Origin: Acidimicrobiia bacterium
GTDB lineage: Bacteria; Actinomycetota; Acidimicrobiia; Spongiisociales; ZC4RG35
Reading direction: 5' to 3'
Assembly: GCA_965215185.1 (NCBI GenBank)
Contig: OZ244034.1
Coordinates: 2,496,001 to 2,560,000, forward strand
Length of the DNA: 64,000 nucleotides
The position numbers were made by a program, and so were the translations under genes. Under the pieces are notes generated by a model that made no database searches, was not told the origin of the DNA, and was given only the letters and a program-made list of their open reading frames with translations. The first letter of the stretch is position 1; each line of letters starts with the position of its first letter. Shown piece by piece: positions 9,068 through 19,834 of this stretch.

Positions 9068-11906
9068 GACTCTTCGGAAATGAGGGGGGAGTAGGGGATC
9101 TGGCAGGGGGTTGGGAATCCACCAAAAGTGAGGAGGGGCCCTCCATAATCGGCTGTTGGAAAACGACATCCGAGGCAGGAGGACCCCTGTGGAGACTGAT
9201 CCTACGCGCATGAGCGAGAAGTTGGTAGGCCTAGGCGACGTGGAGTTGGTCGGGATCGACGACCTGGGCGAGGGGGAACCCTTGGTGGTGGTGATCCGTT
9301 CCCGCATGGCTCGTCCGACCTGTGAGGGCTGTGGTGGACGGGTGTGGTCCAAGGGGTATCGCACCGCCCTGTTGGTGGATCTGCCGGCGTTCGGCCGTCC
9401 GGTTCGGCTGCGGTGGCGGAAGCGTCGCTGGACGTGCCCGAACCCCGAGTGTGCGGTCGCTTCGTTCGTTGAACAAGACCCCACGATCGGTCCGGCTCGG
9501 GCGTTGCTGACATCCCGGGCCGCTCGGTGGGTCACCGTCCAGGTCGGACGGTCGGGCCGCCCGGTCCAAGAGGTCGCCGAAGAGCTGGGCTGTGATTGGC
9601 ATACGGTCAACGACGAGGTGCGCCGCTGGGGTGAAGCACTCTTGGAAGCCGATGCCGATCGGGTAGGGGCAGTCGAGGCTGTGGGCGTGGACGAGACGTT
9701 GTTCTGGCGGAAAGGCAGATGGCGGACCAAGCAGTGGTGCACCTCGGTGGTTGATGTGGGAGGCCACCAGTTGATCGACATAGTGGCGGGTAGAACAGCT
9801 AATAGTGCCGAAGGGCCTGTCAAATCGTCTGTGTGAGGGTGTGGGTCCATGGGTTTTTAGCGGGTTAGGTTTAGTCGGTTAGGGAAGTGGATTTCGAGTT
9901 GGTTTAGGGCTGTTTTCCAGCCGCGGGTGCCGGTACCGAGGTTTCCTCCTCGTTTGTTGGTTATGTTTCGGGCGGCGAGGCGCAGCAGCTTTAGAGCGGA
10001 TTGGTCGGTGGGGAAATGCCCCCTGGTTTTGGTGACTTTCCGCAGTTGGTAGTGGACGCTTTCGACGACGTTGGTTGTGTACACGACCTTGCGAAGCTCT
10101 GGCGGGAACCGCAGGAACGGGGTGAACTCTTCCCACGCCTGGCGCCATATTCGTATAACGCCGGGATAGCGGTCTCCCCATTGTTCCTCGAGCTCGTCCA
10201 ACGCCTTCCCGGCGGCTTCGGCGTTTACCGCGGTGTAAACACGTCGCAAGCCCGCCACAATGGCTTTTCGGTCTTTCCAACTGCATAGGCGCATCGAGGC
10301 TCGCAGCAGGTGGATCACACAGGTCTGCACCAGCGCCTGGGGCCATGTCGCCTCAATAGCGTCCGGGAGCCCCTTCAGGCCGTCACAGCACACGATCAGC
10401 ACGTCTTCGAGGCCTCGGTTGCGTATCTCGGTCAATACCGACAGCCAGAAGTTTGGCGCCTTCGCCGCCGTCGCCGAGCCATACCCCCAGCACGTGTTTA
10501 CGTCCGTCCACGTCCACTCCAACGACCACGTACGCTGGGCGGTTGATAACAGTTCCGTTGGTTTTAGACCTTGACCACCATGGCATCTATGTACAACATG
10601 GGATAACACCCGTCAAGCGGCCGGTTCTGCCAGTCTGTGAGCTCCTCAACGATCCCGTCGGTGACTTTGGACACCAACGCCGGCGACACATCCACGCCGT
10701 ACATGCGTTTCAGTTCCAAGCCGATATCACGAGTGGACAGGCCACGGGCGTACAACGCCACGATATTGGAATTGAACCGTTCCAGGCGCCGGGCGCCCTT
10801 GGGAACGATCCTGGGCTCAAACGTGGCGTTACGGTCCCGTGGCACATCCAAATCCACCGCGCCGATCTCGGTAAGCACCTGTTTGGGAGAGGACCCGTTA
10901 CGGTTGTTACCCGTACCATGACCCATCGGATCACCAGACTCATAACCCAGGTGATCGGTCATCTCCTCAGCCAAAGCACGTTCCAGAATCCGCTTCGTCA
11001 ACTCCGCCAACACCCCATCAGGACCCAAAAGGTCCACACCACCAGCAGCAGCGTCCGAAACCACCGCCTCCACCACCTCATCAGACACCACACCAGCAGC
11101 CACCACAGCGGCCTCCGTCACATCATGTTCAATAGGCATCACAACACTCTCCTTTCGGGCCGGCTCTCACACCAGCCACAGCAATTAGAGAACCCACCTC
11201 ACACAGACATGTATACAGGCTCGGTTCCGGTCACAGCCCGCCGAGTGGATCGAGGGGATCCGCTGGGCCGTGTTGGACATGTCAGGCCCGTACCGGAAAG
11301 CCTACGACCGGGTCCTGCCCCACGCTCTGCAGGTAGCAGACCCGTTCCACGTCACACGCTTAGCCAACCAGCGCCTCGACGAAGTCCGCACACGGGTCCA
11401 GAACGAAACCCTCGGACACCGAGGCCGCAAAGGCGACCCACTGTATCGAGCGCGGCGTCTCCTCAAGGCTGCTTCCGAACGGATCAGCGACCGAGGCCGA
11501 ACACGGCTCCGTGGCCTCCTCAACGCCGGCGACCCCCACGGAGAAGTCCGCACCGCCTGGCACGCCAAAGAGACAGTACGGGGCATCTACGACATCGACA
11601 GCATCGCCGTCGCGTTCCGCTACACCCTGCAGCTCGCCGACGACCTCCAGGACGAATCCTGCCCACCCGAGATCAACAAACTGGGCCGGACCATCGCCCG
11701 CTGGACACCCCAGATCACCAACTGGCACATCTCCAAGGTGACCAACGGACCCACCGAAGCCCTCAACAACCTCATCAAGAGAATCAAACGAACAGCCTTC
11801 GGGTTCCGCAACTTCTCGAACTACCGAATCCGGGCCCTCCTCTACGCCGGGAAGCCCAACTGGGACCTACTCGCATCGGTCACTCCCCACTGATATCCGA
11901 TGAGCC
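9068..11906 (+). mobile_element. ISL3-family IS, copy 1, interrupted by an IS256-family element
   Basis: Ends GACTCTTCGGAAAT... and ...ATCCGATGAGCC match copy 2; transposase is split into 9189-9812 and 11223-11893 (zinc finger [27 protein letters not shown]). Confidence 0.9.
9813..11222 (-). mobile_element. IS256-family IS with frameshifted transposase
   Basis: Terminal IRs GGGCCTGTCAAATCGTCTGTGTGAGG and (reverse complement) GAGCCTGTATACATGTCTGTGTGAGG. The transposase 11142-9857 is spread over three frames ([45 protein letters not shown]) with shifts near 10567 and 10452. Confidence 0.9.
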
Positions 11907-12239
11907 AGATAACGGACCTGAGATGATCGCCTGGGTCCTACGCGACTGGTGCCGCCTGCGAGGTCTCGGCATCATCTACATCGAACCGGGATCCCCGTGG
12001 CAGAACCCGTGGGTTGAGTCGTTCAACGGCAGAGTCAGGGACGAACTGTTGAACATCACCGAGTTCGGATCTCTCACCGAGGCCCGCGTACTGATCGAGG
12101 ATTGGAGGAATGAATACAACACCTGGCGGCCACACAGCAGTCTTGGAGGGCTCACCCCCATCGAGTACGCTGACCAGTGCCGACACGAACACCAACCAAC
12201 ACACCCATAACAGCCGGACCTATTCCCGGGGCCCTGTCA
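11907..12239 (+). mobile_element. IS3-family remnant (3' part of transposase plus right end)
   Basis: DNGPEM...[25 protein letters not shown]...[15 protein letters not shown], stop at 12210, then ...GGGGCCCTGTCA terminus. Confidence 0.85.
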
Positions 12240-12240
12240 A

Positions 12241-12470
12241 CTGGACGGTCAAGACCCCGTCACACTGGCCGACGCCGGATGTCGCCTCGGTGTCTCTCAT
12301 CAGCGGATTCAGCAGCTTGAACTGCAACTACGTCGAAACCGAGATCGAGCACAACCACCAGCAGGGATTTGGATGCCACAAATCTCCGAAGCTGAAAGAA
12401 ACGGATGGCCCAATGAATTCACCCACCGTGGTATCGACGCGATCCGATCCTTCTTCGGGCACAGGCTAAA
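12241..12470 (+). pseudogene. Fragment with sigma-70 region-4-like HTH
   Basis: Translation LDGQDPVTLADAGCRLGVSHQRIQQLE resembles the TLxExGxxLGVSRERIRQLE pattern; no start, begins at the IS3 end. Confidence 0.45.
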
Positions 12471-12499
12471 TCAGGTTGCATTCCCAGGGACCGGGTACG

Positions 12500-12809
12500 G
12501 CTCGATCGTGTCCCCCGTCACCATCATCTCATCCAACACAGCAAGCCCCGTTGACACCGAAAGGGCCAACAGACCCTCCCGGGCCACTTGGGCGATATCG
12601 CCCAACGCAACAACCACCTCTTGGGGCAGCCGGCCCATCATCTCTCCCACATCGCCAGAATCAGCGACATTCACCTTCTCATCGACTACGTTCCTACCCG
12701 TGGCGGTCCCTCTCCTTTCGGAATCGTATTGTACCGCCCGATCCTGCCACACGGCGGGGACCAGGCGGGGGACCGCCACCCTCACTTCACCAGCATTTGG
12801 GACAACCTC
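12500..12809 (-). mobile_element. IS256-family 5' remnant (different from the element at 9813)
   Basis: Terminus GAGGTTGTCCCAAATG...; LPQEVVVALGDIAQVAREGLLALSVSTGLAVLDEMM resembles the N-terminus of actinobacterial IS256 transposases. Confidence 0.55.
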
Positions 12810-12885
12810 CCTGAGAACCCGGTCACTGGGATACTCCCTACTGAGTTGATTGTGCGCACCACGCGTGGCGCTTTTACCCCAACCG

Positions 12886-14550
12886 TCACTTGATCCCGTC
12901 ACTTGATCTGACTGTCCTCTCGACGTCCTCCTCCGACTGAAACGTATCAGTCACGGTTGGGTCGTTCCCACCTGAGACAGATCCACCGATCAAACTCAGC
13001 CCACCCGGTTCGGCGAACGCAGTCGGTGATCCGCCGGGCTGGTCGGCAGCTCGCGCTACCGTGACTACATTTCGTCCTCGTCTGGCCAACTCTTTCCCGA
13101 CGCGTATCAGTTTCTTGTCAATGAGGATGGTGTTGGGCGAACCCGGTATCGAACCGACGTCGAATCGCGGTGCCGTAAGGGCCTCCCGCATTTCCATCCC
13201 AAACACGGAGACGTTCAATGCTACCTGGGTCATTGCTGAGACCGTTCGATTGCCGCCCGGACACGAAATCCCGAACAACGCCCCATCGCTGCTCCGGTAG
13301 CCAACGACCGGCCACCCTGGTATCGGCCTCGTCTGCCCTGGGGCTGCGGAAGTCGCCGTGCCGGGAATCGGATTGAAACCCAGCATCTGGTTGTTGAGTA
13401 AGACCCCAGTTTCAGGAGCGACGATTCCCGACCCGAAGAGGTATCCGTGTGTCTGAAGCACCGTGATAATCGTGCCCCCGGAATCAAGAACTGAAAAACC
13501 CGTTGTGTGACCATGTCCCAACGGCAAAGTCTCTGACGGCCCGGGAAGCGGCATCCGAATGCTATCGGAGAGGCGCCTGAGATACGCGGGGTCGAGCATC
13601 TCGTCGATCGTCGCCGGCGCGCCACGAGACCCAAGGTACTTCCGGAATTCATGTTGAGTAATCCCGATGCATTTGCATGCAAGGTCGACGTACTCTGCTG
13701 AATTGTGTCCGCGCTTGTAGACCTCCTTAGCGTGCAGCAACTCAAGGGTCTGGAGCAAGGTGAAGTCGGGGCCAGTGATCAGTGCCCAATCGCCGATCTT
13801 TCTTATCGTCGCCGAGCTGTGGTGGCCTCCGAATGACCGAAGATCGTTGGTGGATATCCAGTTCCCTCCAGTAGCGGCCACAATAGCCTCGGCCACAGGT
13901 CCATCATAAAACCCGCTGCGACCGTTGTTGGCGATCATACGCAGCGTGCCAGCTAGGTCGGATTGAATCAGGCAGTTAGGGTTCTCCGGCGCGACTTGGA
14001 TATCCAGTGTCAGGTCAGCAAAGTTCGAGGTAAACACTCGCATGGCTTCTTCGTCGAAGATGCCCGTAGCAACCGCCTGGAATAAGTAGATCATGTCGCT
14101 CCAACCGAGGTTGAATCCTTGTTCGGCGAACTTGATCGCGGGTGCGATGAGACTTGCAAGCGGAAGCCGACCACCGATCTCGTGTGAAGCGCATAGACCT
14201 GCAACCACCCCCGGTATCGCCACCGACCGCCGGCCGACTTCATTTGCCCTCTCTTCAACCCCCGGGAAACCCCAAATGCCGGCTTTCTCGCCCTCCTTCA
14301 CCTTGTAGATGTCTCCTCGTGCCCCCGAAGGGGCTGTGATAGGAGATTCGATTACACCGCTAGAACCGTCTCTTCCCCTGTAGACGAGTTGGAAGGCACC
14401 ACCGCCCAGTCCAGACATATGTGGCTGTACGACGGCGAGAGTAAAGCCGATCGCGACTACGGCGTCCCAAGCGTTGCCCCCCTCCTCAAGTACCGAGAGC
14501 CCTACCTCGGTAGCAAGGGGATGTTTGGTGACGACGACGCTCGGCGGCAC
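12886..14550 (-). CDS. Gamma-glutamyltransferase-family Ntn hydrolase (no signal peptide)
   Basis: GGNAWDAVVA...VVQPHMSGLGGG, VAIPGVVAG, FYDGPVA, HTTGFSV (nucleophile Thr), FGSG...TGVLLNN, PGG. Confidence 0.85.
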   Translation of the reverse strand: MPPSVVVTKHPLATEVGLSVLEEGGNAWDAVVAIGFTLAVVQPHMSGLGGGAFQLVYRGRDGSSGVIESPITAPSGARGDIYKVKEGEKAGIWGFPGVEERANEVGRRSVAIPGVVAGLCASHEIGGRLPLASLIAPAIKFAEQGFNLGWSDMIYLFQAVATGIFDEEAMRVFTSNFADLTLDIQVAPENPNCLIQSDLAGTLRMIANNGRSGFYDGPVAEAIVAATGGNWISTNDLRSFGGHHSSATIRKIGDWALITGPDFTLLQTLELLHAKEVYKRGHNSAEYVDLACKCIGITQHEFRKYLGSRGAPATIDEMLDPAYLRRLSDSIRMPLPGPSETLPLGHGHTTGFSVLDSGGTIITVLQTHGYLFGSGIVAPETGVLLNNQMLGFNPIPGTATSAAPGQTRPIPGWPVVGYRSSDGALFGISCPGGNRTVSAMTQVALNVSVFGMEMREALTAPRFDVGSIPGSPNTILIDKKLIRVGKELARRGRNVVTVARAADQPGGSPTAFAEPGGLSLIGGSVSGGNDPTVTDTFQSEEDVERTVRSSDGIK

Positions 14551-14558
14551 GTGCAGAC

Positions 14559-15770
14559 CTAGAGACTCGTCGTGGCTGTCAATGCGGCATCAAAGTGTGC
14601 CTGCAAGCTCTCCATCATCTCCTGCGAGCTGACGTCCCCCCGAAGGGCCCTTTGCATGGTGGTAGGCCAGGCGCTCTCAACGAATTCGCCGAATCCGGGA
14701 TGAAGCCATGGGTCCGCTCCCCGATTCGGGAGCGAATTGATAGATACCTCAAATATCGGGTCACTCCGATAAAAGGAATCGTTCATTAGTGACTTGACGT
14801 TGGGAAGCATCGGGCGCCTAGAATTCTTGCACCATCTTTCGACTTGTGGCGCTTCGGCTAGCCACGAGATGAACCGCCAAGCCCCCTCCTTGTTGGATGC
14901 TCCCTTGTATATGGCGTGATTCTGAGGGTAGAAGGTCGTCCAAGAGCCCCCGGGCCCGGACGGCATCGGCACGGCGCCGATCTTATCGCCAAGCTCCTCG
15001 CGGAGGATTGCCTGCAGATGAATCGTGTGGGCTACCATCGCGATCTTCCCCGCGACAATTTGCTCGACGTGTTCGCCGACGCTATCGGTAATGGCACTCG
15101 GTGGTGTGACCCGGTGTCGGGAATAGAGGTCGATATACCACTGATTAGCCTCGATGGCCTCAGGCGTATTCAGTGTGATATTCCCTTCATCATCATTGAA
15201 CTGAAGTCCATGCGCACGGGTCAGGTCGCCCCAGAACCGATGGCCTACTCGGGAGCCCCTCATGCCAAACCCGTAGCGCTCTGGGGCATGGGTGAGAGCA
15301 AGGGCGGCGTCCAAGAACTCATCGAGTGTGGTCGGAGGAGTCAGTCCCAGGGAATCGAAGATGTCGGTTCGGTAATACAAGATATCAACGCCTCGCCCGC
15401 CCCCCACAACAAAGTGTGGCGAGTCTGGCGCGCCGCCCATCTCTCCCCAGTATCCGTCGACAAAATCCTCGGCCGCCGCCCAGTCTGCGATAAAGGGATC
15501 CAGAGGCTCGAGCATGTCCTTGGCCACGAACTCTCCTAGCCAGTACTCGGGGACATCCGAGCAGTCTGGTGGATTGCCACTCTCTGCCGCTTCGACGAGC
15601 ATTTCGTGCTCTCGGTTCCAGGGGACCTCAACCATCTCGACGTGGAGATCAGGGTTGATGTTGTTAAAATCTCGAACCATCCCCCAGAACACTGGGTCGT
15701 TTGGGATATCGAGATGTCGCCAAAAAACGACATTTTCCTTGTCTGTCATTACTCTCTTCACTCTCTTCAT
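14559..15770 (-). CDS. Carbohydrate-type ABC substrate-binding protein (family 1), no evident signal peptide
   Basis: FNNINPDLHV, GNPPD, LYYRTDIF...PPTTLDEF, GKIAM, KEGAWRFISWL. Confidence 0.8.
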   Translation of the reverse strand: MKRVKRVMTDKENVVFWRHLDIPNDPVFWGMVRDFNNINPDLHVEMVEVPWNREHEMLVEAAESGNPPDCSDVPEYWLGEFVAKDMLEPLDPFIADWAAAEDFVDGYWGEMGGAPDSPHFVVGGGRGVDILYYRTDIFDSLGLTPPTTLDEFLDAALALTHAPERYGFGMRGSRVGHRFWGDLTRAHGLQFNDDEGNITLNTPEAIEANQWYIDLYSRHRVTPPSAITDSVGEHVEQIVAGKIAMVAHTIHLQAILREELGDKIGAVPMPSGPGGSWTTFYPQNHAIYKGASNKEGAWRFISWLAEAPQVERWCKNSRRPMLPNVKSLMNDSFYRSDPIFEVSINSLPNRGADPWLHPGFGEFVESAWPTTMQRALRGDVSSQEMMESLQAHFDAALTATTSL

Positions 15771-15812
15771 TGTTTCGCGTAGTACATAGTGATCCCATGG
15801 CGCCCGCCAAGG

Positions 15813-16907
15813 TTAGGTGTAGGTGTGAATCTGGTTCCTCTCGTTGATACCGTCCGGCCGAAAACCACGAGCAGCGATTTCCCTGAAAGCGCTTACTGCG
15901 TATCCAATATCAGCTTCATCGATCCCCTGATACGTACAGAGCCTGATCGTGTAAGGAGCCGTCGAGAGTGCCATCACGTTCAATTCGCGCAGTGACTGCA
16001 GGACGGTTTCGGCACTGAATCCTGTTCCGGACACGTCGACATAGACCATGTTGGTCTGTACCCGCTCCAAGTCGACCGTCAAGCCCTCAACGCTCGCTAT
16101 GCCTTCCGCGAGCGTACGTGCATGCCTGGCATCGACCGCGAGACGATCCACCATCGAATCGAGTGCGACCAAACCTGCAGCGGCGATAATGCCAGACTGG
16201 CGCATTCCACCGCCAATCATCTGTCGGTTCCTTCGAGCTGCCGCGATGAAGTCACCAGAGCCAGCGAGGGCCGCTCCCAGGGGAGCCGACAAACCCTTGG
16301 TTAAGCAGAACGTCACGGAGTCTCCCCACATGCACAGATCATCTGGACCAACACCAAGCGCAACAGCTGCTTCGAAGATTCGAGCTCCGTCGATGTGGAC
16401 CGGAACGGCATGCCTTGCCGCGACCTCGCTCAGTTGTTGCATTCGCTCAAGAGTGACCACGGTGCCTCCACCGCGGTTGTTGGTGTTCTCGACAATGATC
16501 AAGCCGGTGGTGGGGCGATGCGTGCTTGATCCTGGTCTGATCGCGGCTTCCACCGCAGCGGGGTCCAAGCCCTGTGGCCCGCTCGGGAGTGGGCGGCAGG
16601 CGAGTCCTGCAACCCGCGCATAGCCTGCAACTTCGGCGTTGTAGAAATGAGTATCGTCGCCGACGATGACTTCTTGGCCTGGCCTGGAATGGGTCATCGC
16701 GGCAACGAGGTTGCCCATCGTCCCGCTGAGGACGAGCAGCGCCGCCTCCTTGCCAACGAGTTCTGCCGCTTTCTGCTCGAACTCGATGGTCAGCCGATCC
16801 TCCCCGTACTGATCGTCGCCCAGCGGAGCATCAGCAATGGCAGTCCGCATGGCTTCCGTGGGTAGCGACAGCGTGTCACTACGAAGATCAACAAACCGCC
16901 CGCTCAT
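15813..16907 (-). CDS. ltaE: Low-specificity L-threonine aldolase family (PLP)
   Basis: DLRSDT, SGTMGNL, ENTNNRGGG, HIDGARIF, FCLTKGLSAPLG, GGGMRQ; ATG at 16907 overlaps the upstream stop. Confidence 0.85.
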   Translation of the reverse strand: MSGRFVDLRSDTLSLPTEAMRTAIADAPLGDDQYGEDRLTIEFEQKAAELVGKEAALLVLSGTMGNLVAAMTHSRPGQEVIVGDDTHFYNAEVAGYARVAGLACRPLPSGPQGLDPAAVEAAIRPGSSTHRPTTGLIIVENTNNRGGGTVVTLERMQQLSEVAARHAVPVHIDGARIFEAAVALGVGPDDLCMWGDSVTFCLTKGLSAPLGAALAGSGDFIAAARRNRQMIGGGMRQSGIIAAAGLVALDSMVDRLAVDARHARTLAEGIASVEGLTVDLERVQTNMVYVDVSGTGFSAETVLQSLRELNVMALSTAPYTIRLCTYQGIDEADIGYAVSAFREIAARGFRPDGINERNQIHTYT

Positions 16908-17662
16908 GTACGACCTCCTTCGACATATGGACTGGCGAATAGGCGCCCCAGGCCGTTGACGTTCGGCTGGACCCCGCTGAGATGCAGGGCCTCCCACATC
17001 GTCGCCTGGAGGGCTGAGACGATGGGTTTTCCGAGGTCCTCTTCCAACGCATCGATGATCGGCAAGCTCCGAATCCCAGTGCAAGCCACATACACCCCGT
17101 CACAGTCCTTGGAATTGACCTGGCGCACCAAGCGGGCGACCTCTTCGAGGGAAATGTGGCCGAGGTCAGGCCCATGAATTCCGAGGTTTTGCTGCCGAAT
17201 GATCTTGAAGCCACTCGCGTCAAGAAACTCGGAGAGCAAAACGTCTATCTCGCCTATGTAGGGAGACGCTATCGAGATCCTCTCAAGGGAGAGCGAATTC
17301 AAAGCATTAACTGTTGCGGTGGCTGCGTTAGACGCTGGGATCCCCCCAGCCGCGTCCGACAACCTCGAATTCAGTTCGGCATCACCGCCATGGCCGCGGA
17401 TAAACCCCGCGGCCGTGCATGCGTATGTAACGACGTCGACGTCAATCTTTCCCAAGCCCTCGGCGAGTCGCTCGGTGTTCTCACTGACCGCCATAGCTTT
17501 GAGGACTTCCACAGACGCTGGCCCGTCAACGAGTGTCCGCGCCAAGTGAACTGCAACGCCACTAGGGACAAAACCCCAAAGCTCGTCGTCGATATTTCCA
17601 GTTTCCGGCCAAAGGACGCCGATTCGCGCCCGCCAGCCAGGATTGATACTTGTGGTGCTCAT
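16904..17662 (-). CDS. Maleate cis-trans isomerase / Asp-Glu racemase / EutA-like protein
   Basis: GWRARIGVLWP, YACTAAGF and VACTG two-cysteine motifs, ASPY, LEEDLGKPIVS. Confidence 0.8.
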   Translation of the reverse strand: MSTTSINPGWRARIGVLWPETGNIDDELWGFVPSGVAVHLARTLVDGPASVEVLKAMAVSENTERLAEGLGKIDVDVVTYACTAAGFIRGHGGDAELNSRLSDAAGGIPASNAATATVNALNSLSLERISIASPYIGEIDVLLSEFLDASGFKIIRQQNLGIHGPDLGHISLEEVARLVRQVNSKDCDGVYVACTGIRSLPIIDALEEDLGKPIVSALQATMWEALHLSGVQPNVNGLGRLFASPYVEGGRT

Positions 17663-17672
17663 TGGTGCCCTT

Positions 17673-18470
17673 CTATGCGCTAGAGTCGTTTGATTGAGGA
17701 CCTGGGTCGTCGTGCCAACTGAGCTGGTTCAAGAACCCCTTCGTTCGCTCGTGACTAGGATTCGTAAACATCTCGTCCGGTGGACCCGTTTCGACTACTA
17801 CACCCTCATCAAACATATAGACACGGTCTGCGGCTCGCCGAGCGAACCCCATCTCGTGGGAGACGACGATCATGGTCATCCCTCCATCGGCTAGTTGCTT
17901 CATCACTTGGAGGACGTCGCTCACCAGTTCAGGATCCAACGCCGATGTGGGCTCGTCGAACAACAAAACGGCCGGGTCCATAACAAGAGCTCGGGCTATG
18001 GCCACCCGTTGCGCCTGCCCTCCGGACAGTTGGCCGGGTCGTTGGTCCGCCACTGCCGAGAGGCCGACATTCGCTAGCTCAAAGGCTGCCCGTTCTCGCG
18101 CCGCCTTGCGCCCCATCCCTCTGACCGTAGTGAGGCCCTCCATTACGTTCTCAAGGGCGGTCCGGTGCGGGAAGAGATTGAATTGCTGAAAGACCATCCC
18201 GCACTTCGAGCGCAGAGAGGCGATGTCAGTCGATTTGTCGTTGACGTCTTTGCCAAGGACTGAGATCTTCCCCCCCTGAATCTCTTCGAGGCGGATGACG
18301 CAACGGAGGAACGTACTCTTTCCTGACCCACTCGGACCCATAATCACAACAACTTCTCCCTTACTGACGCCGAGGTTAACCCCCCGGAGGACCTCAACAT
18401 CTCCGTAGTTCTTACGGACATTGACAGCTTCTACCAAGAGGTTCGTGTCACTGAGTGCTGATTCAGTCAA
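17673..18470 (-). CDS. Polar amino-acid ABC transporter ATP-binding protein
   Basis: GPSGSGKST, MVFQQFNLFPH, LSGGQAQRVAIARAL, FDEPTSALDPE; likely TTG start at 18470. Confidence 0.92.
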   Translation of the reverse strand: MTESALSDTNLLVEAVNVRKNYGDVEVLRGVNLGVSKGEVVVIMGPSGSGKSTFLRCVIRLEEIQGGKISVLGKDVNDKSTDIASLRSKCGMVFQQFNLFPHRTALENVMEGLTTVRGMGRKAARERAAFELANVGLSAVADQRPGQLSGGQAQRVAIARALVMDPAVLLFDEPTSALDPELVSDVLQVMKQLADGGMTMIVVSHEMGFARRAADRVYMFDEGVVVETGPPDEMFTNPSHERTKGFLNQLSWHDDPGPQSNDSSA

Positions 18471-19132
18471 TCCAACCTCACTCTGCGGTGGATGAAGTCG
18501 GCCGCACGCGCCTGGGGATATGTAGCGAGAAAATAGATGACACCGACAATTATGTACAACTCGAGGAACTGGAAGGTAATGGTCGCCGCCCACCTTGCTC
18601 TAAAGAAAAGCTCGCTGACCGATATCACAGAGGCGAGCGACGTCTCACGGAAGGTCGACACCCAAAAGGTAGCGATTGGTGGAATAACATATATAATGGC
18701 GATTGGGAGAACGATCCTTCTGTACACTTGGCTTTGCGACATGCCAAGCGCCCGCCCGGCATCCCATTGGCCCTTATCCACAGCGGCAACGCCGGCTCGC
18801 AGAACCTCTCCAAGGAAGGCACCGAGGTTGAGCGACAGTGCCACCCAGGCTGCAAGGAAAGCCGCAGGGGTGATGTTGCCGGTTATTATGGGGATCGCAT
18901 AGAACACCCAGACGAGTTGGGTAAGGAGCGGCGTGTTGCGGAAGAATTCTGTATACACCAGTGTTAATCTCCGCAGCCACGTTGGTCCACTGATGCGAGC
19001 CATTGCAACCATGACTCCAAGGGCGAGGCCTGTGACCATCGATGTAATAGCCAAGAGAATCGTGTTGCCGATCCCCACCAAGACCCACGGTATCCATTCG
19101 AGGGCTATATCCCATTGCCAGTTGTATCCCAT
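18467..19132 (-). CDS. Polar amino-acid ABC permease
   Basis: EFFRNTPLL, EVLRAG...GQWDAGRALGMS, FRETSL. Confidence 0.9.
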   Translation of the reverse strand: MGYNWQWDIALEWIPWVLVGIGNTILLAITSMVTGLALGVMVAMARISGPTWLRRLTLVYTEFFRNTPLLTQLVWVFYAIPIITGNITPAAFLAAWVALSLNLGAFLGEVLRAGVAAVDKGQWDAGRALGMSQSQVYRRIVLPIAIIYVIPPIATFWVSTFRETSLASVISVSELFFRARWAATITFQFLELYIIVGVIYFLATYPQARAADFIHRRVRLD

Positions 19133-19135
19133 CGC

Positions 19136-19834
19136 TTACTCGACCCTGAGCTTATTATAGGTGATGTTGAACAAGACTGCGATCGGAGTAGTCAGTAGGA
19201 AGTAGAGAACTGCAATTACGGTGTAAGTCTCTAACCTTCTAGACGTCCACATTATCACCGCTTCCCCCTGCCACATCAGATCGGCAACGCCGATCAGGGA
19301 TACGAGTGCAGTCGCCTTCATTAGGCTGATGGTCTGGCTCCCCAACGGCGGAAGCATCCTCACTATCGCCTGTGGAAGGATCACTCTGCGATAGAGCTGT
19401 GGGGTGGACATGCCAATGGCCCGGCCGGCCAGCCATTGCCCCGTGTCGAGACTGTAAATCGCTCCCCGAAATAGCTCCGAGAAAGCAGCACCAGTCGAGA
19501 ACCCGAGGGCCACAATCCCAGCTTGCACAGGGCCGACGTTCGTCCCGATCACAACGGGGAGCAAGAAGAAAGTAAGAAAGATTATGACGATATCGGGCAC
19601 ACTTCTTCCGATGTCGACATAGAGAGTGAGGAACTGGTCGACAGGTCTCGGACCCGCGATGCGGGCCACAGCAACGAAGATTCCTATTGCGACGGCCAAT
19701 GTAAACGAACCTGCCGCTACTAGCAGCGTTATCTTGATCCCGCTGACGAGAAACGGCGCAAGATCGAACACGCCGCTGAAGTCGATGGTATATCCGCCAG
19801 CGGCGAGTACCCAGAATTGTTTCATAACGATCAT
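19136..19834 (-). CDS. Polar amino-acid ABC permease
   Basis: RSVP, SELFRGAI...GQWLAGRAIGMS, MKATALVS; ATG at 19834 overlaps the upstream stop. Confidence 0.9.
   Translation of the reverse strand: MIVMKQFWVLAAGGYTIDFSGVFDLAPFLVSGIKITLLVAAGSFTLAVAIGIFVAVARIAGPRPVDQFLTLYVDIGRSVPDIVIIFLTFFLLPVVIGTNVGPVQAGIVALGFSTGAAFSELFRGAIYSLDTGQWLAGRAIGMSTPQLYRRVILPQAIVRMLPPLGSQTISLMKATALVSLIGVADLMWQGEAVIMWTSRRLETYTVIAVLYFLLTTPIAVLFNITYNKLRVE

Noticed and set aside
10453-12210. 585-aa ORF ending in an IS3 integrase core
   Set aside because: Chance read-through of the IS256 antisense strand and an ISL3 alternative frame; only the last ~100 aa are a real IS3 fragment.
12810-12893. LacI-like C-terminal tail (GILPTELIVRTT)
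   Set aside because: Plausible remnant of a regulator cut by the IS256 fragment, but under 30 aa, so not called.
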